DNA of 64,000 nucleotides from Octopus vulgaris (lineage: Eukaryota): assembly GCA_951406725.2 (NCBI GenBank), contig OX597830.1, positions 19,530,001 to 19,594,000 on the forward strand, given 5' to 3'. Each line of letters begins with the position of its first letter. Position 1 is the first letter of the stretch. The position numbers were made by a program, and so were the translations under genes. Below the pieces are notes generated by a model, which did not search any database, had not been told where the DNA came from, and was given only the letters and a program-made list of their open reading frames with translations. Of the stretch, positions 39,438-53,967 are shown piece after piece.

Positions 39438-41452
39438 TCCAACAGACTTCTGTATAGTTTTCGTCAACCAAATTTCTCTCGCAAATCTTTAGTCAACCCC
39501 TCACCATGGTAGAAGACATTTGCTTTTCAAGGTTGTATACAGTAGGATCAAAACCAGAACAACATGATTCCGGAAGTGCACTTCATAACCCCACAACCAT
39601 ATCTGCCACAAGGAAATCCCCCAGAGTTTAGAGAAAAACTAAAAAAAGCAAAAAAAAAAAAAAAAAAAGCGGTGGTATTTATTTATAAGATGGGAAAGCA
39701 ATACACTGGCCTTTTTAAATACGTTTCCTCAATAAAAAAATTTATAGGTGTAGGAGTGACTGTGGGGTAAGTAGCTTGCTTACCAACCACATGGTTCTGG
39801 GTTCAGTCCCACTGCGTGGCACCTTGGACAAGTGTCTTCTACTATAGCTTCGGGCTGACCATAGCCTTGTGAGTGGGTTTGGTAGACGGAAACTGAAAGA
39901 AACCCGTCGTATATATGTATATATATATATATGCGTGTGTGTGGTTGTGTGTCTGTGTTTGTCCCCCAAGCATTGCTTCACAACGGATGCTGGTGTGTTT
40001 ACGTTCCCGTATTTTAGCAGTTCGGCAAAAGCGACCGATAGAATAAGTACTTGGCTTCCAAAGAATAAGTCCCGGGGTCGTTTTGCTCGACTAAAGGCGG
40101 TGTTCCAGCATGGCCGCAGTCAAATGACTGAAAGAAGTAAAAGAGAGTAAAGAGTAAAAGAATATGTAGTTCCTGTTTAGCAACAATATTCTTTGTGGAC
40201 GGGGTTCTTCGTGTAAATTTTATCGTTTAGACTTCAGATGATGATATTTCTTACACACACACAAACACACACACACACACACACACACGCCTATTATGTT
40301 TATCTTTTATCTTTTACTTGTTTCGATCATTGGACTGCGACCATTTTAAATCACACACTCAAACCTTCTGTGCCTATGTATAAGAAATCATTTTATCTTA
40401 CGTACGTTTTTCCCCAGCTCGTATGGGTTGAACTGGTCTTCTCCAGCACAATGTTCTGCCACATGATGCTATCCTTTGTCGTCTCCAGAAGCAATTTTTT
40501 TTTTACCACTTCTTCCTTTATGTTCCTCTTGGATCTCTTGCCAATTCTTTACTCACCAATCACCCTTCCATGTGCATTACATGTCCATACAAGCTCAGTC
40601 TTTTCTCTTATACACCACGTCTCGTTCTTCATACATCTAGCTTTTTCTCTCTGTTCATTGGTGCTCCGTCTTTCATGTACCCTAAACACCACACATCGAG
40701 TGAAGCATGCTCATCCCATTTCTTTAGCCTTCGAACATCCTCCCCATCCAGCCCTTTTAATACTGACCCCGTTCAACGACCGTCTCTGGTTCTACGATAC
40801 GCATTTCTTGTTTAAACCTTCCTTCAAAATTTCATGCTAATTTAAGTCCCAAACACTTATTTTACTAAATTCTTGCGAACGTTTCGCTGTAATGCAACAT
40901 TGCATTTTAGTGACGTAGCTAAGGTGTGTGCCGTTTAGAGCACCAGTGGCGTAGCTAACGGGGAGCAAAGGGAGTGACAACTCCACTCCACCAGCACATT
41001 TTTCAAAATTGACACGTTTTCAGCAATTAAAAAAAATTCGGAGTGGCTGTGTGGTAAGTAGCTTGTGTACCAACCATATGGTTCCGGGTTCAGTCCCACC
41101 CCGTGGCACCTTGGGCAAGTGTCTTCTATTATAGCCTCGGGTCGACCAACGCCTTGTGAGTGGATTTGGTAGACGGAAACCGAAAGAAGCCCATCGTATA
41201 TATGTATATATATATATATGTGTGTGTTTGTGTGTCTGTGTTTGTCCCCCCAACATCGCTTGACAACCGATGCTGGTGTGTTTACGTCCCCATAACTTAG
41301 CGGTTCGGTAAAAAGCGACCGATAGAATAAGTACTAGGCTTACAAAGAATAGGTCCTGGGGTCGATTTGCTCGACTAAAGGCGGTGCTCCAGCATGGCCG
41401 CAGTCAAGTGACTGAAACAAGTAAAAAAGAGTTACTTGTGCAATAAAAGTAG

Positions 41453-41499
<47 letters not shown>

Positions 41500-42617
41500 C
41501 TAATCGCATGACCTTGGAAGAACTTCTTTTGAGTCCTTATTTTATCGGACCAATCTCCTGTGTTCTTGAACTGTTTGCGCAATTTCCTGTGATGTATTGA
41601 TGGGAACCAACATCTGAAGAACTTGCATGATCCTGTGGAAATTCATTTCTTTCACGTTACACCTATATAATTTGTTATAAGTTTCACACACAATGACATT
41701 GTTACTGAATCATGGAATCAATGAATGTAGAATGCAATTAAGTAATAAAATTTTTCACGTACTATAAGAGAAGGCGCGTGGCATAATGGTTAGGCCGTTG
41801 CACTCACGATCGCTAGATCGTGGGTTCGATTCCCTGACTGGGCGGCGTGCTGTGTTCTGGAGCAAAACGCTTCATTTAATGTTGCTCCAGTTCTCCTTCA
41901 ACCGCGGGGTGGGGTTGTTGGTCCGCTCGCCTAGCCAGCGGGGTAGCGTCATTTGAAGGCTAAAGCAATGCAAAAAGCGCATTGTGACCAGTGATGTTTA
42001 ACAACATCAGATAGTCTTATCGGTCACGTGATCGCGTGAATATAAGAGAAATGAGTTTAAAAAATGTTTGGTATGTGTTATGGCGCCCTTTTATTTTTAT
42101 GTGTTCGCACCCCCTAACTTTAGATCTCTGGCGATGCCCCCGTGGGGCACCACTTCAGTTTGTCGTCTTGGGCTTCCTTTATAAGCATATACAGGCTTAT
42201 ACAGCAGACCCCAAAGTGCAGCCACCTATAAGAGCATCTCCCGTGACGGACCGCTCCCATCGCCTCCTCTCATCTTCTCTACTCTTGTATCTCATACACA
42301 ACCACGCAATCCGCCTTTCTCTTCGAGGCAGAATCCCTTCCATAAGCGGCAGAATTAACTGCTTCCTGACTACATCACATCCCGTTCTTACCCTACTTAA
42401 AATACTTTCCGAACACCCGCTTCCACTGCTAATGTAATTAGGTTACTGGGTAACTGAATCTATAATTTACTTCAAGGGAATCTTCTAAATATTTAAAAGA
42501 ATCTGTTTCACGTGTGCTCTCACTGCCTAACTACGCCTGTGCATCCGCTGAACATGAAGTTAGTTTGTCTCCAATACACCAAGTGTTCGAGCGCGCACAC
42601 ACACATATATTTACTCA

Positions 42618-42943
<326 letters not shown>

Positions 42944-42952
42944 AAACATTCA

Positions 42953-42993
<41 letters not shown>

Positions 42994-43034
42994 TCACTCA
43001 CACACACACGTACATACATGCATTCATGTTCGCG

Positions 43035-43071
<37 letters not shown>

Positions 43072-43295
43072 ATCTAATACAGAAACAACGAGTAAAGGTA
43101 CATAGGCAGTTTGCTAGGTATATAAATAGACACATTGGAGGTATTCAACTAAACGGGTTGGTGGACTAATAAACCGTTGCTTAGTTATCTGCTGTGTTCT
43201 GTTATATATAGACACACACACAGAGAATGGTAGAATGAGGTTGTTTGACATTGTTGCTGACAGAAATATCTCTTAGAGATCTTTAATTTCCCATT

Positions 43296-43335
<40 letters not shown>

Positions 43336-43681
43336 CAGACACACACACGACAGACACACACACAACAGACACACACACGACAGACACACACACGACAGAC
43401 ACACACACACACACACACACACATACACACACACACGACAGACACACACAACACGCGCATTTAGATCTTTAAAATGGTTTCAGAAATCTGCGACAATGCA
43501 AGTTGGAAATTAAGAAACGGAAGCCAAAAAGATTGGCCAAACATTTTCGCCTTTATTCTTCAATAGCTCGGGTTTGAAGAAACGGTCAAGAGCATTTAGA
43601 TATCAAAAGGTTTTAGTTTGGTAAACCATGAAGACTCTCCGACATCCATAAGCATATTCTTATTAATATTTAGCGGAAATA

Positions 43682-44700
43682 AGGTGGCGAGCTGGCAGAA
43701 ACGTTAGCACGCCGGGCGAAGTGCTTAGTATTATTTCGTCTGTCTTTGTGTTCTGAGTTCAAATTCCACCGATGTCGACTTTGCCTTTCATCCTTTCGGG
43801 GTCGATAAATTAAGTACCACTTACGCACTGGTCTCGATGTAATCGACTTAATCCCTTTGTCTGTCCTTGTTTGTCCACTCTATGTTTAGCCCCTTGTGGG
43901 TAGTAAAGAAATAGGTATTTCGTCTGCCGTTACGTTCTGAGTTCAAATTCCGCCGAGGTCGACTTTGCCTTTCATCCTTTCGGGGTCGATAAATTAAGTA
44001 CCACTTATGCACTGGGGTCGATGTAATCGGCTTAATCCGTTTGTCTGTCCTTGTTTGTCCACTCTATGTTCAGTCCCTTGTGGGTAGTAAAGAAATATGT
44101 ATTTCGTCTGCCGTCTCGTTCTGAGTTCAAATTCTGCCGAGGTCGACTTTGTCTTTCATCCTTTCGAGGTTGATGAAGTAAGTATCAGTGAAACCCTGGG
44201 GTCGATATAATTGACTTAATCCCATTGCCTGTCCTTGTTTGTCCCCTCTGTGGGCAATAAAGAAACGTTAGCACGCCGGGCAAAATGCTTAGCGGCGTTT
44301 CGTCCAACTGTACGTTCTGAGTTCAAATTCCTCCGAAGTCGACTTTGCCTTTTCTCCCTTATGTGTCGACAAAATAAGTACCAGTTGAGCACTGGGGTTG
44401 ATGTAATCGACTTAAGCCCTCCTCCAAATTTGCTGACTTTTTGCCAAAATTTGAAACCAATATTTAGCAGAAGTAAGGTGGTGAGATGGCAGAACCGTTA
44501 GCACAGCGAACAATATGCTTAGCGGTATTTCGTCCGTCCTTATGTTCTGAGTTCAAATTTCTGCCGAGGTCGACTTTGCCTTTTATTCTTTCGGGGTCGA
44601 TAAAATATCAGTTGGACACTGGGTGAGGTCGAAGCTATCGACTTAGCCTCTCCCTCCGAAATTGCTGGCCTTATGCGAAAATCAGTAACAAATATTTAGC
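43682..44700 (+). mobile_element. Tandem cluster of about 5 SINE family A units
   Basis: Three concatenated units (restarts at 43914 and 44098), followed by two more headed units near 44263 and 44476. Confidence 0.9.
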
Positions 44701-45839
44701 AGAAGTAACAGAGTGACTCAAGGGCCGAAAGTTTCGTGTATTAGCACTTACTAAACTAGTTACAGATTGAGGGGTTGTGTATATATAAATACCAATGATA
44801 ACAGTATTTCCTTGGATAGTTCTATTTTACCTCTTTGCCTCACCAAACCTGTAACTTTCATAAGCAGATTCATGGTTTTAAATTGTCTGCGACATCTTCA
44901 TACACAACTCTAAATACAGACAAACTATGTCACACTTGAAATTAAAACGCGACATACTTCTTGGCATTTCACTACCATATTTACCAGCTGCTAGTCACAA
45001 ATGCTACAACAATTGACTGACAAGAAAACATCTCATGATAAGAAAACATCTCACACACAAATTCCTTCAGATTCAAAGTAAGCACTATTATACAGATTTC
45101 TTTTTCTTTGCTATTATAATAACTTTGACAATCGCACCAGCTCGACTACAACCATCAACGATCCACAGTCTATTATCGTTGCTATTTAACTACTTGTCGT
45201 GGGTCTGACTGGTTTGCTTTCACCCAACACAATTTCAAGCTTTTAAACCTCGGGCCAAAGTTCATCGTGGTCTAACGATTTAACGATAATCTTAAATCTG
45301 ATATTGGAGCAAACTTTTATAGTTTAGCCGAAAGTTCTGAGAAAAAATTCTGATGTTTGGCGATATAAAGTATCTTTTAAAACGAATTAATAAAAGTTGT
45401 AAAACAAATGATGTTCGCAGTTTGTTTCATAAGATAAATTGAATGTTTTTTTTGTTTTTTTTTTTGTGACTGAATTTTCTTTCAAATAATTTTTGTTATA
45501 TTTTATGTTTTATTAAAATCAAAGTGAAGGGTTTATCTTCAAAATATAGGTATGGTTTTCGCAATTTTTGTTAGAATTATAAAAAAAAAAGGTTCCGTTC
45601 TAAGATAAGTTTGGGAACCGCTGATTCAGACGACCGACTTCAATGTCTGCCATCATACCCCGATCATAACGTTAGATTTTTTAAACATTCTATTAACAGA
45701 AGCACCCCAACTCATACTTTAACTCCTCTACGGTTCAAACCACTAATTTTACAAAACTTATTTTCTAAGAAACTCATATATTGCCTCTCGAGGCAAAAGG
45801 AGAGAATTCTGGGTTAGAGTGTATACAGTAGCCTAGCGA

Positions 45840-46450
45840 TTAAACATCTAAGTAACGATCAAACACCTAGAAGACACCAAGTGGATAAGGATATAGATGA
45901 TGTCCTTGCTATGGAAAAGGAGATCATCGTGAGCTTCTCGGTGAATTTGCTTTACCTGGACTTCTTGGGTCTGGGAGAACCAGGATGCTTTCATTGGGCA
46001 CTGTCTCTAGGTCTCTGGATCATAACTGTAGATCCAGCTTTTGTCACAGGTCACCGAGACTCGAGCACTCTTGGATTTGAGATAATGGGGGTCTTTCCTA
46101 ACGCGTCTTTCTTTCTGTCCATCACTGAGTACCCTGAGAACAAATTTTGCCCATGTTCAGATCTTCATAAATAATTCTGTGTACAGCTGTCACACCAACT
46201 CCAAACTATATGCTTTTTGTCTTTATAGACAGACGGCGATCTTGAAAACTGCGAAATTTCTCAACTAGCTCTAATGGTCTGACATTCCGCCCTCTCTCAT
46301 CGTCTTTTACCTCCTCTCTACCGTGCTTGAATATCTTGTACCAGCGAAAGTTCATCTGTAAGCAATCTGGAACGTTTTATAAGATTTTGTAGAGTTTTTG
46401 CTCAATTTAACAGAAAACTTTAATTTGGTAGCAAGCTTCCAAACTGTCTT
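45840..46450 (-). mobile_element. Old mariner relic
   Basis: Reverse complement gives VTCDKSWIYSYDPET*RQ..KHPGSPRPKKSR. Confidence 0.75.
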
Positions 46451-47713
46451 CCCGTCCCGACTGCATTCTGCCAACTAGTCAGTTATAACAAGCAGCGTTT
46501 AGTAGGGTGTGTTCAAATGTTGTTACAACCGTCTCCTTCAATCTGAAATTGAAAAAATTAGCAGGCGAGCTTATTACATGTATGGTAACGATATACTAAA
46601 ATTACAGCAATCTAGGACAGTTATAACTGCCTCTCCTAAGAAAAGTCTCAACCCTTCTGGAATGCACCGCATATCATTAACGCTAATTAGACGAACATTT
46701 TTATAGCAGCAGAGGATTCTACTATAAATAAAACAAAATTTTACCACTAGAAATAACAATTTTCCTATCAACTCTCCCATTAAGACTCACAAACCTGCCG
46801 TTGAAAGGGAAAAGATCCAAACTCTTTTCTTACGAATGTAAAAGGTCGTTCGGAGATATAGCAATAAAAATTAGTTGTATTTAATTTATAGTTTTATCTC
46901 CTTATTTAACAGCAACAGATGTAGATCTCGACAGGTCTTGTTGGCAAAATAATGCCATAGCAGCAGCTGGTTTGAGAATTTGTGTGTAGTGGATTCTTGC
47001 AAGCATAAAGTGGATTCGATCCACCATAGCCAAATTTAAATTAACACTGCAACAGAACTTTTCCCACGATGGAACAATGTTTTTTCTCAATGATATATCT
47101 ATCCTTCTGGATAGTTATAAAAGCAAGAACACCCCAAGCAAAAATTAGTCGGTGACAACTCAACGAGTCCAGTCACATGGTGACGACTCCACCAGTTAGT
47201 CACTTCGGTGAGAACGAAGTCTGGCTGACCAGCTAGAACCTTTGGTCAGAGGAAGAAATGAAGTTTACTGTCAGCAACTGTGAGACAACTTCCCACACTC
47301 TACAACCCCCACTAATGATGTTGTAAGAGAACAGAATTAGAGCTAATGAGAATTGTAAGGTGTGGGACGTGCAGCTCGCTTTTATAACTCGTCACCTGCG
47401 AAGCTTTTGTTTCCTCCCAAGGTGTCACGTTTTCACTGCAATCTAAAAGTCGTTGGCCTATATATATGTTTAGTTTGGAACAATGATGTTCTAAATTCAT
47501 TTACATGGTAAAATATTCTAGGTCGCATACCCAAACTAAACAAGGAAGACAAACAAGGAAATATGAGGAAATTTTGTTTTAATATAATACATCAATCTGG
47601 AACACTGTCACGATTTCAATACACACACACACACACACATATATATATGATTGTGTGTGTATATACATATATGTGTGTGTATGTATATATATATATATAT
47701 ACACACACAATCA

Positions 47714-47751
<38 letters not shown>

Positions 47752-47792
47752 TCAATAAATGGTGGGGTTGTGTTGACCGCACGTGGAGAAAT

Positions 47793-48147
47793 GATAAGCA
47801 AGGAAAAATTGTAAAAAGGCAGAATGCTAAATTGAAACAAAATTTTAATGGAAATGGGTGTATGGAAAAGTTTTTGAAAAATTGATAAAATATATATATA
47901 TTAATTCATACTGGTTTTAGTCATGATGTGTCTTTTCAAAAATTGTAAAGAAAAAAAATTTTTTTAAGAAAAGAAAAAAAAAATTCTTTTCTTTACAATT
48001 CTTGAAAAGTCACATTATGACGAAAACCGGTTTGAATTAATATATATATTTTTTATCAATTTTTCAAAAACTTTTCCATACACCCATTTTCATTAAAATT
48101 TTCTTTCAATTTAGCATTCTGCCCTTTTACAATTTTTCCTTGCTTAT
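47793..48147. repeat. Long near-perfect palindrome (arms about 165 bp) with a hammerhead variant in each arm
   Basis: ataagcaaggaaaaattgtaaaa... is mirrored by ...ttttacaatttttccttgcttat; centre about 47968. Confidence 0.92.
47997..48038 (+). ncRNA. Type-I hammerhead ribozyme, U3-A8 covariant core
   Basis: Stem I aattc/gaatt; UUGAAAA; stem II gtca/tgac; GAA plus palindromic aaccggtt; UUU triplet. A decayed mirror copy lies at about 47903-47944 on the - strand. Confidence 0.68.
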
Positions 48148-48511
48148 ATATATATATATATATCTGTTAATCTATTCATCGTATATGTTTTCAGTCATTA
48201 GACTGCGGCCATGTCGGGGCAATGGTTTGAAGAACTTTAGACGAACGAATAGACCTCATTATATATTAGTTTGGTACTTATTCTATAGGTGTCTTTTGCC
48301 GAAAAGCTAAGTTACGGGAACGTAAACACACCAACACCGATCGTCAAGCGGTGCTAGGAGATAAACACACTCACACACACACACGACGGGCTACTTTCAG
48401 TTTCCAGCTACCATATAGACTCGCAAGGCTTTGTTTGGCTTGATGTGATAGCAGTAGAAAACACTTGCCCAGGGTGCCATGTAGTGGGACTGAACCCGGA
48501 ATCCTTTATGT

Positions 48512-48588
<77 letters not shown>

Positions 48589-48963
48589 GCGGAGCAGATA
48601 ATGCATTGTACAACTGATGAAGGAATTGTTCTTTTTGTTGCCTGCCTTGTTTTTCTATTTGTTTCTTTCTTTAGTTGTTCGCAAAAAAAGTTTGTTATTT
48701 CCCATTGACAACAGCTAAATAGCTAGAAACGCCTCTGGGCATCGAACAGGAGGCAGCACGTGACAGTTAAGGTGTTTTACATCTTTTTGTCATAGGAGAG
48801 AATATTTTCTTCGCGATAACTGCTGTGAATTTGCCTTTAAAAGTTGAAATATATCACAAGCATATTTTAACTAACCTAAAGTTCGCTTATGACTAAACAC
48901 TACTTAGCGCTGATATTGCTGTAAAATGGACCAAACAGAATAGGAGGCGATATATAGAATAGA

Positions 48964-49006
48964 GTCGCTGAAGAGGTCATAGGTGTGTGACGAAAGATTT
49001 CCAGAC
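48964..49006 (+). ncRNA. Minimal type-I hammerhead ribozyme
   Basis: gtcg-CUGAAGA(48968-48974)-g-gtcat..gtgac-GAAA-gatt-UC-cagac. Confidence 0.7.
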
Positions 49007-49247
49007 AATGGTCATAAAATAGGAACTATAATAAATGAGTGAAGACCGAATATAAAATGGGTGTGTTTATTTGGCAAGAAAAAATAATGACCGTCCCAAA
49101 ATATAACAATATGTTTCATCACACGATTTCGCATCAGGAATCTTGCAAAACAAATTCATAAACGCACACACACACACGCATATCTATCTATCTATCTACC
49201 TACCTACCTACCTACCTACCTACCTACCTACCTACCTACCTACCTAC

Positions 49248-49279
<32 letters not shown>

Positions 49280-50395
49280 TTATCTATCGCTCATCAACTT
49301 TTTCAAGTACTACTTGAAAAGGAAGGTGAGAATAGAGAGGCAAGTTTTGTGTCATAAAAGATTCAATAAAAGGTGGGTGAATGTAGCAAAGATGGTGCAC
49401 GCAAAGACAAAACCACTTTGAGCATGATCCTGTAAATCGAAAAGAGAGCACTTTGCTCTCATGTGTTTTTTTCCCTCCCTGCCTGAGGTTACCGTGCTCT
49501 TTTCCGTAGGCTTTTCTTTCCATGGATAAACCTAATCTGTTGTTTTTTTTACATTTTCACTCGTTTCTGTGATACACGATCCCTTTTGATCGCTTTTTTC
49601 CCCTTTTTTTCCCCCCACGATCCCTTTTGATCGGAAATTATTTTCTCCTCCTTTTATCCTATCTACTTCTTTTTCTTCCGAAAAGAAAAGCTCTACATTG
49701 TATTTTGTCCCCTCTGTGTTCGGCCCTGTGTGGCTAATAAAGAAAGTTATCTATCTATCTGTCTGTCTATCTGTCTGTTTTGTGATATGTTTTGCGCATG
49801 TGTGTTGGAATTCAATTGCAAACATATATTGCGTGACCTAAAACACATGCGTTGAGTTACAAAAATCGGCAGATGCCCACCCCCACCGACAGCCTTCCTC
49901 GCCGCATCACAACTGTTGTTATACAGAAGTGAGCAGACAGCAGATCCAGTAGATAATGGCATGTTCTCAAAGTCTTGTGCTCTCATGTTTTCAGTCTCTC
50001 TGCAACTGCTTCTTTGAAAACCAAAAATGTCATCGTATGAAACGGACCAATAAACAGGGAATAAGCTAAAAACAATACCAACCTGCTCCTCCAACCACTA
50101 CACGAAAAAAAACAGTGTTTTTTAGGAAATACACACAAACACACGTACGCACGCATGCACGTGTGTATATGTATGTGTCCTACATAGATATAAACACACA
50201 CACAAACACACATACAAACACACATACAAACACACACACACATCTATGGTATACAAATGAATGATAACCCGGTGCTTGTTCATGTACAAAAGCAAAAAAT
50301 TCAAAGATTTCGCACACATATACACACACACCCTATAGCTCATACCTTCACACATGACATTTACGATATATGCACTATATCTATCTATCTATCTG

Positions 50396-50463
<68 letters not shown>

Positions 50464-50468
50464 CCTAC

Positions 50469-50555
<87 letters not shown>

Positions 50556-50616
50556 CCTATCTATCTACCTACCTATCTATCTATCTATCTATCTACCTAC
50601 CTACCTACCTACCTAC

Positions 50617-50694
<78 letters not shown>

Positions 50695-51164
50695 GCCCTA
50701 CTCTCTAAATATATATCTCTGTGTGTATACATATACATATACATATACATATATATACAAACATACATACACGTACTCATAAGCACGCATAAGCACACAT
50801 ACATATTTACTTATATCCATATAAATATATCTGTATATACATACGAACTCTATATATATTACAATAGAAAAAAAAAGACAAAAATAGACTACACTAAAGC
50901 ACATATTCTCTTTAATTTTAACGCTATACCTTATGTGGTAGACTTCCACCTGTGTAAGTGGTACAATATTGTTAAACATCACGTGTTAACCCAGAAAAAG
51001 TCCAGGTTTAATAGGACAGTGATACATTCAAGGACAAGTCAAAATATTTATTTACAACATTAATTCAAATAAATAAATATGTAACAAGCTTTAAGTGACA
51101 CGTGTTGTAGAATTAGAGTTATATATATATATATCAAAATAAGCAACAAAGATATCCAGAGGTA

Positions 51165-51253
51165 ATGCAGTACGATCGTTTCATGCAACTCCATTTAATT
51201 GAACAATGCAATCATTACATCAATTTAAAATGTAGAGCAATCATCAGCTGCAC
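51165..51253 (-). ncRNA. Type-I hammerhead ribozyme (same subtype as 4846-4913)
   Basis: Reverse complement: stem I gtgcag/ctgcat; CUGAUGA; ttgc..gcat; GAAA; acgatcgt; GUA triplet. Best-formed copy in the window. Confidence 0.85.
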
Positions 51254-51590
51254 AAAGACATAGAATTTAATTAAATTAGAACAGATGGACACATTAGTGT
51301 AATTATACCTAACATCTCCAAGAAGTTAAGGAGATAGACAAAGAACATGCTGCCTCACTCCAGTTTAGAAGTTACTGAATTTTCAAGATATACATTGTTA
51401 CAGACTCTGCTTGCCACTGATTTTATAGGCCCGGCGTATACATATATATGTATATAATTATAATAAAGGGTATTGAAGAGATTCCACTATGTCAGAAATA
51501 GCAGTCAAAACTGACTCCAAAACCACATCATGTACTCATATAGCACAGATGAAAAGATAAACGAAGAAAGAAATTAGCAAAAATGGTTAA

Positions 51591-51646
51591 TCCCAGATCG
51601 ACGATTTCTGGCTTAGAAATAAAGTACTCTGCCTTCATCAGTGGAG
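51591..51646 (-). ncRNA. Type-I hammerhead ribozyme abutting a Penelope-like RT fragment
   Basis: Reverse complement: tcca-CUGAUGA-a-ggc.aga..tct..gcc-a-GAAA-tcgtcga-UC-tggg; stem III atcg-t-cgat. Confidence 0.75.
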
Positions 51647-51960
51647 ATATACCAAATTAGAAGATAATTTTCTATGTTATCCTCGGATATAGATGCTTTT
51701 AATAAACATGCCCCTTACTATAATAGAGCATTAAAAGAAGCAGGATATAATACGAAAATTAAATTCTATAATAATTAAGGACTAAATAATAATACTAGGA
51801 ATCATCCTAACGCTCAAACTAACTAGGGAGGTAATAGCAAAGATAACAATAAACAATATAAGGAAAGAAAGAAAGATAAATACAATATAAGTATAAATAA
51901 AAATAATATTAATAAAAATGATCATAGTAACGATAATGCCAAAAAGAGTTCTAATGGAAA
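51647..51960 (+). mobile_element. Penelope-like RT C-terminal fragment
   Basis: SMLSSDIDAFNKHAPYYNRALKEAGYNTKIKF matches the PLE thumb motif LSS....F....P.Y..AL..SGY. Confidence 0.75.
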
Positions 51961-51976
51961 TAAGCATAATTATTAT

Positions 51977-52360
51977 GGAAGCACTCCGTCGGTTACGACG
52001 ACGAGGGTTCCGGTTGATCCGAATCAACGGAACAGCCTGCTCCTGAAATTAACGTGTAAGTGGCTGAGCACTCCACAGACACGTGCACCCTTAACGTAGT
52101 TCTCGGGGATATTTAGCGTGACACAGAGAGTGACAAGGCCGGCCCTTTGAAATACAGGTACAACAGAAACAGGAAGTAAGAGTGAGAGGAAGTTGTGGTG
52201 AAAGAGTACAGCAGGGATCACCACCATCCCCTGCCGGAGCCTCGTGGAGCTTTAGGTGTTTTCGCTCAATAAACACTCACAACGCCCGGTCTGGGAATCG
52301 AAACCGCGATCCTATGACCGCGAGTCCGCTGCCCTAACCACTGGGCCATTGCGCCTCCAC
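51977..52360 (-). mobile_element. SINE family C, near-identical to 12215-12595
   Basis: TSD ataattattat at 51966-51976 and 52362-52372. Confidence 0.9.
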
Positions 52361-53249
52361 TATAATTATTATATACCCACGAAGAATACGATGGCAAAGA
52401 ACAATAATAGAGAAGAACCAAGGGGTCAGCGTATCCTCATTAATCTCCAAGTGTGCAGAGAGGAGGAAACAAAAGACCGGAACTTTGTTTGACAATTAAT
52501 AAAAATGTGGATTTGGTTTCGAATCCTCTTAGCTGTACTGTTGCTGGTCGGTAAATAAATAAATAAATAATATATATATAGGCGTAGGAGAGGCTGTGTG
52601 GTAAGTAGCTTGCTTACCAACCATATGGTTCCGGGTTCAGTCCCACTGCGTGGTACCTTGGGCAAGTGTCTTCTACTATAGCCTCGGGCCGACCAAAGCC
52701 TTGTGAGTGGATTTGGTAGACGGAAACTGAAAGAAGCCCGTCGTATATATGTATATGAGTGTGTGTGTGTGTGTGTCTGTGCTTGTCCCTCCCCCCAACA
52801 TCGCTTGACAACCGATGCTGGCGTGTTTACGTCCCCGTAACTTAGCGTGTGTGTGTGCGTGCGAAATCTTTGAAGTACTAGGCTTACAATGAATAAGTCC
52901 TGGGGTCGATTTGCTCGACTAAAAGCGGTGCTCCAGCATGGCCACAGTCAAATGACAGAAACAAATGAAAGAGTAAAGAGTATACATTGTCATACTTGGG
53001 GATGATCATATTTTGCCAATTAAAGACACACACACAATTGTTTTAGGTCACATATTGTGTGAATAGAGAATATTTTGAAATGAAGGAAAGGAAATCAACG
53101 CGCATAGGAAGGAGCTAATCTGTGGGACTGGCATACGGCAAATCAATGTTTCCTTCAGCTGAAATGCAACTTGTAATAAGATTAGCTGAAATAAGACCTG
53201 AAATGATCGATTCCAACGATGCCTGAACTAATGGAAAAAGGGAGACATT

Positions 53250-53365
<116 letters not shown>

Positions 53366-53788
53366 TGTGAAAGAGAGGAACAAAGAGAATTTTGAATTCA
53401 TAATAAATAAATATGTTTCTTTATTACCCACAAGGGGCTAAACATAGAGGGGACAAACAAGGACAGACAAACGGATTAAGACGATTACATCGACCCCAGT
53501 GCTTAACTGGTACTGAATAAATATATAGCTGAAAGATACTATTCCCTCAATGGACCAGTAAACCGGTCAGGACTGTGAATGGCTAAAACTTCACCGTGTT
53601 GCATCTTCAGCCACTTCTAGAAAGGAAACTATACACATTCGGTAGTATTTAGTCAGGCGATGTATACGTTGTGTTGTATTAAGTCTATATCAAATATAGG
53701 GAATGTATGTCATGTTAGTGAACTTTAAATACAAGTTTCAGCTTTATTTCTTTTCAAATGCCGTCATTTTTAATGTCAGGACTATACT

Positions 53789-53967
53789 CGTCCGTCCGTC
53801 CGTCCGCCCGTCCATCCGTCCGTCCGTCCGACCGTCCGTCCGTCCGTCCGTCCGTCCGTCCATCCATCCATCCATCCATCCATCCATCCATCCATCCATC
53901 CATCCATCCATCCATCCATCCATCCATCCATCCATCCATCCATCCATCCATCCATCCATCCATCCAT
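53789..53967. repeat. Compound (GTCC)n(ATCC)n microsatellite
   Basis: Direct reading. Confidence 0.95.

Noticed and set aside
41500-41700. Possible Tc1 N-terminal relic on the - strand (RKQFKNTGDWSDK)
   Set aside because: Similarity too weak and no TIRs seen.
43682-44700. Regularly spaced repeats resembling a CRISPR array
   Set aside because: Whole ~184-bp SINE units with no unique spacers, in a eukaryotic context.
48615-48730. Isolated CUGAUGA (also ctgaaga at 21588 and tcttcag at 53604)
   Set aside because: No matching stem II plus GAAA arrangement found.
49994-50017. Candidate last exon for the + strand transporter (ttttcag|..SLQLLL*)
   Set aside because: Too short, with only chance-level similarity.
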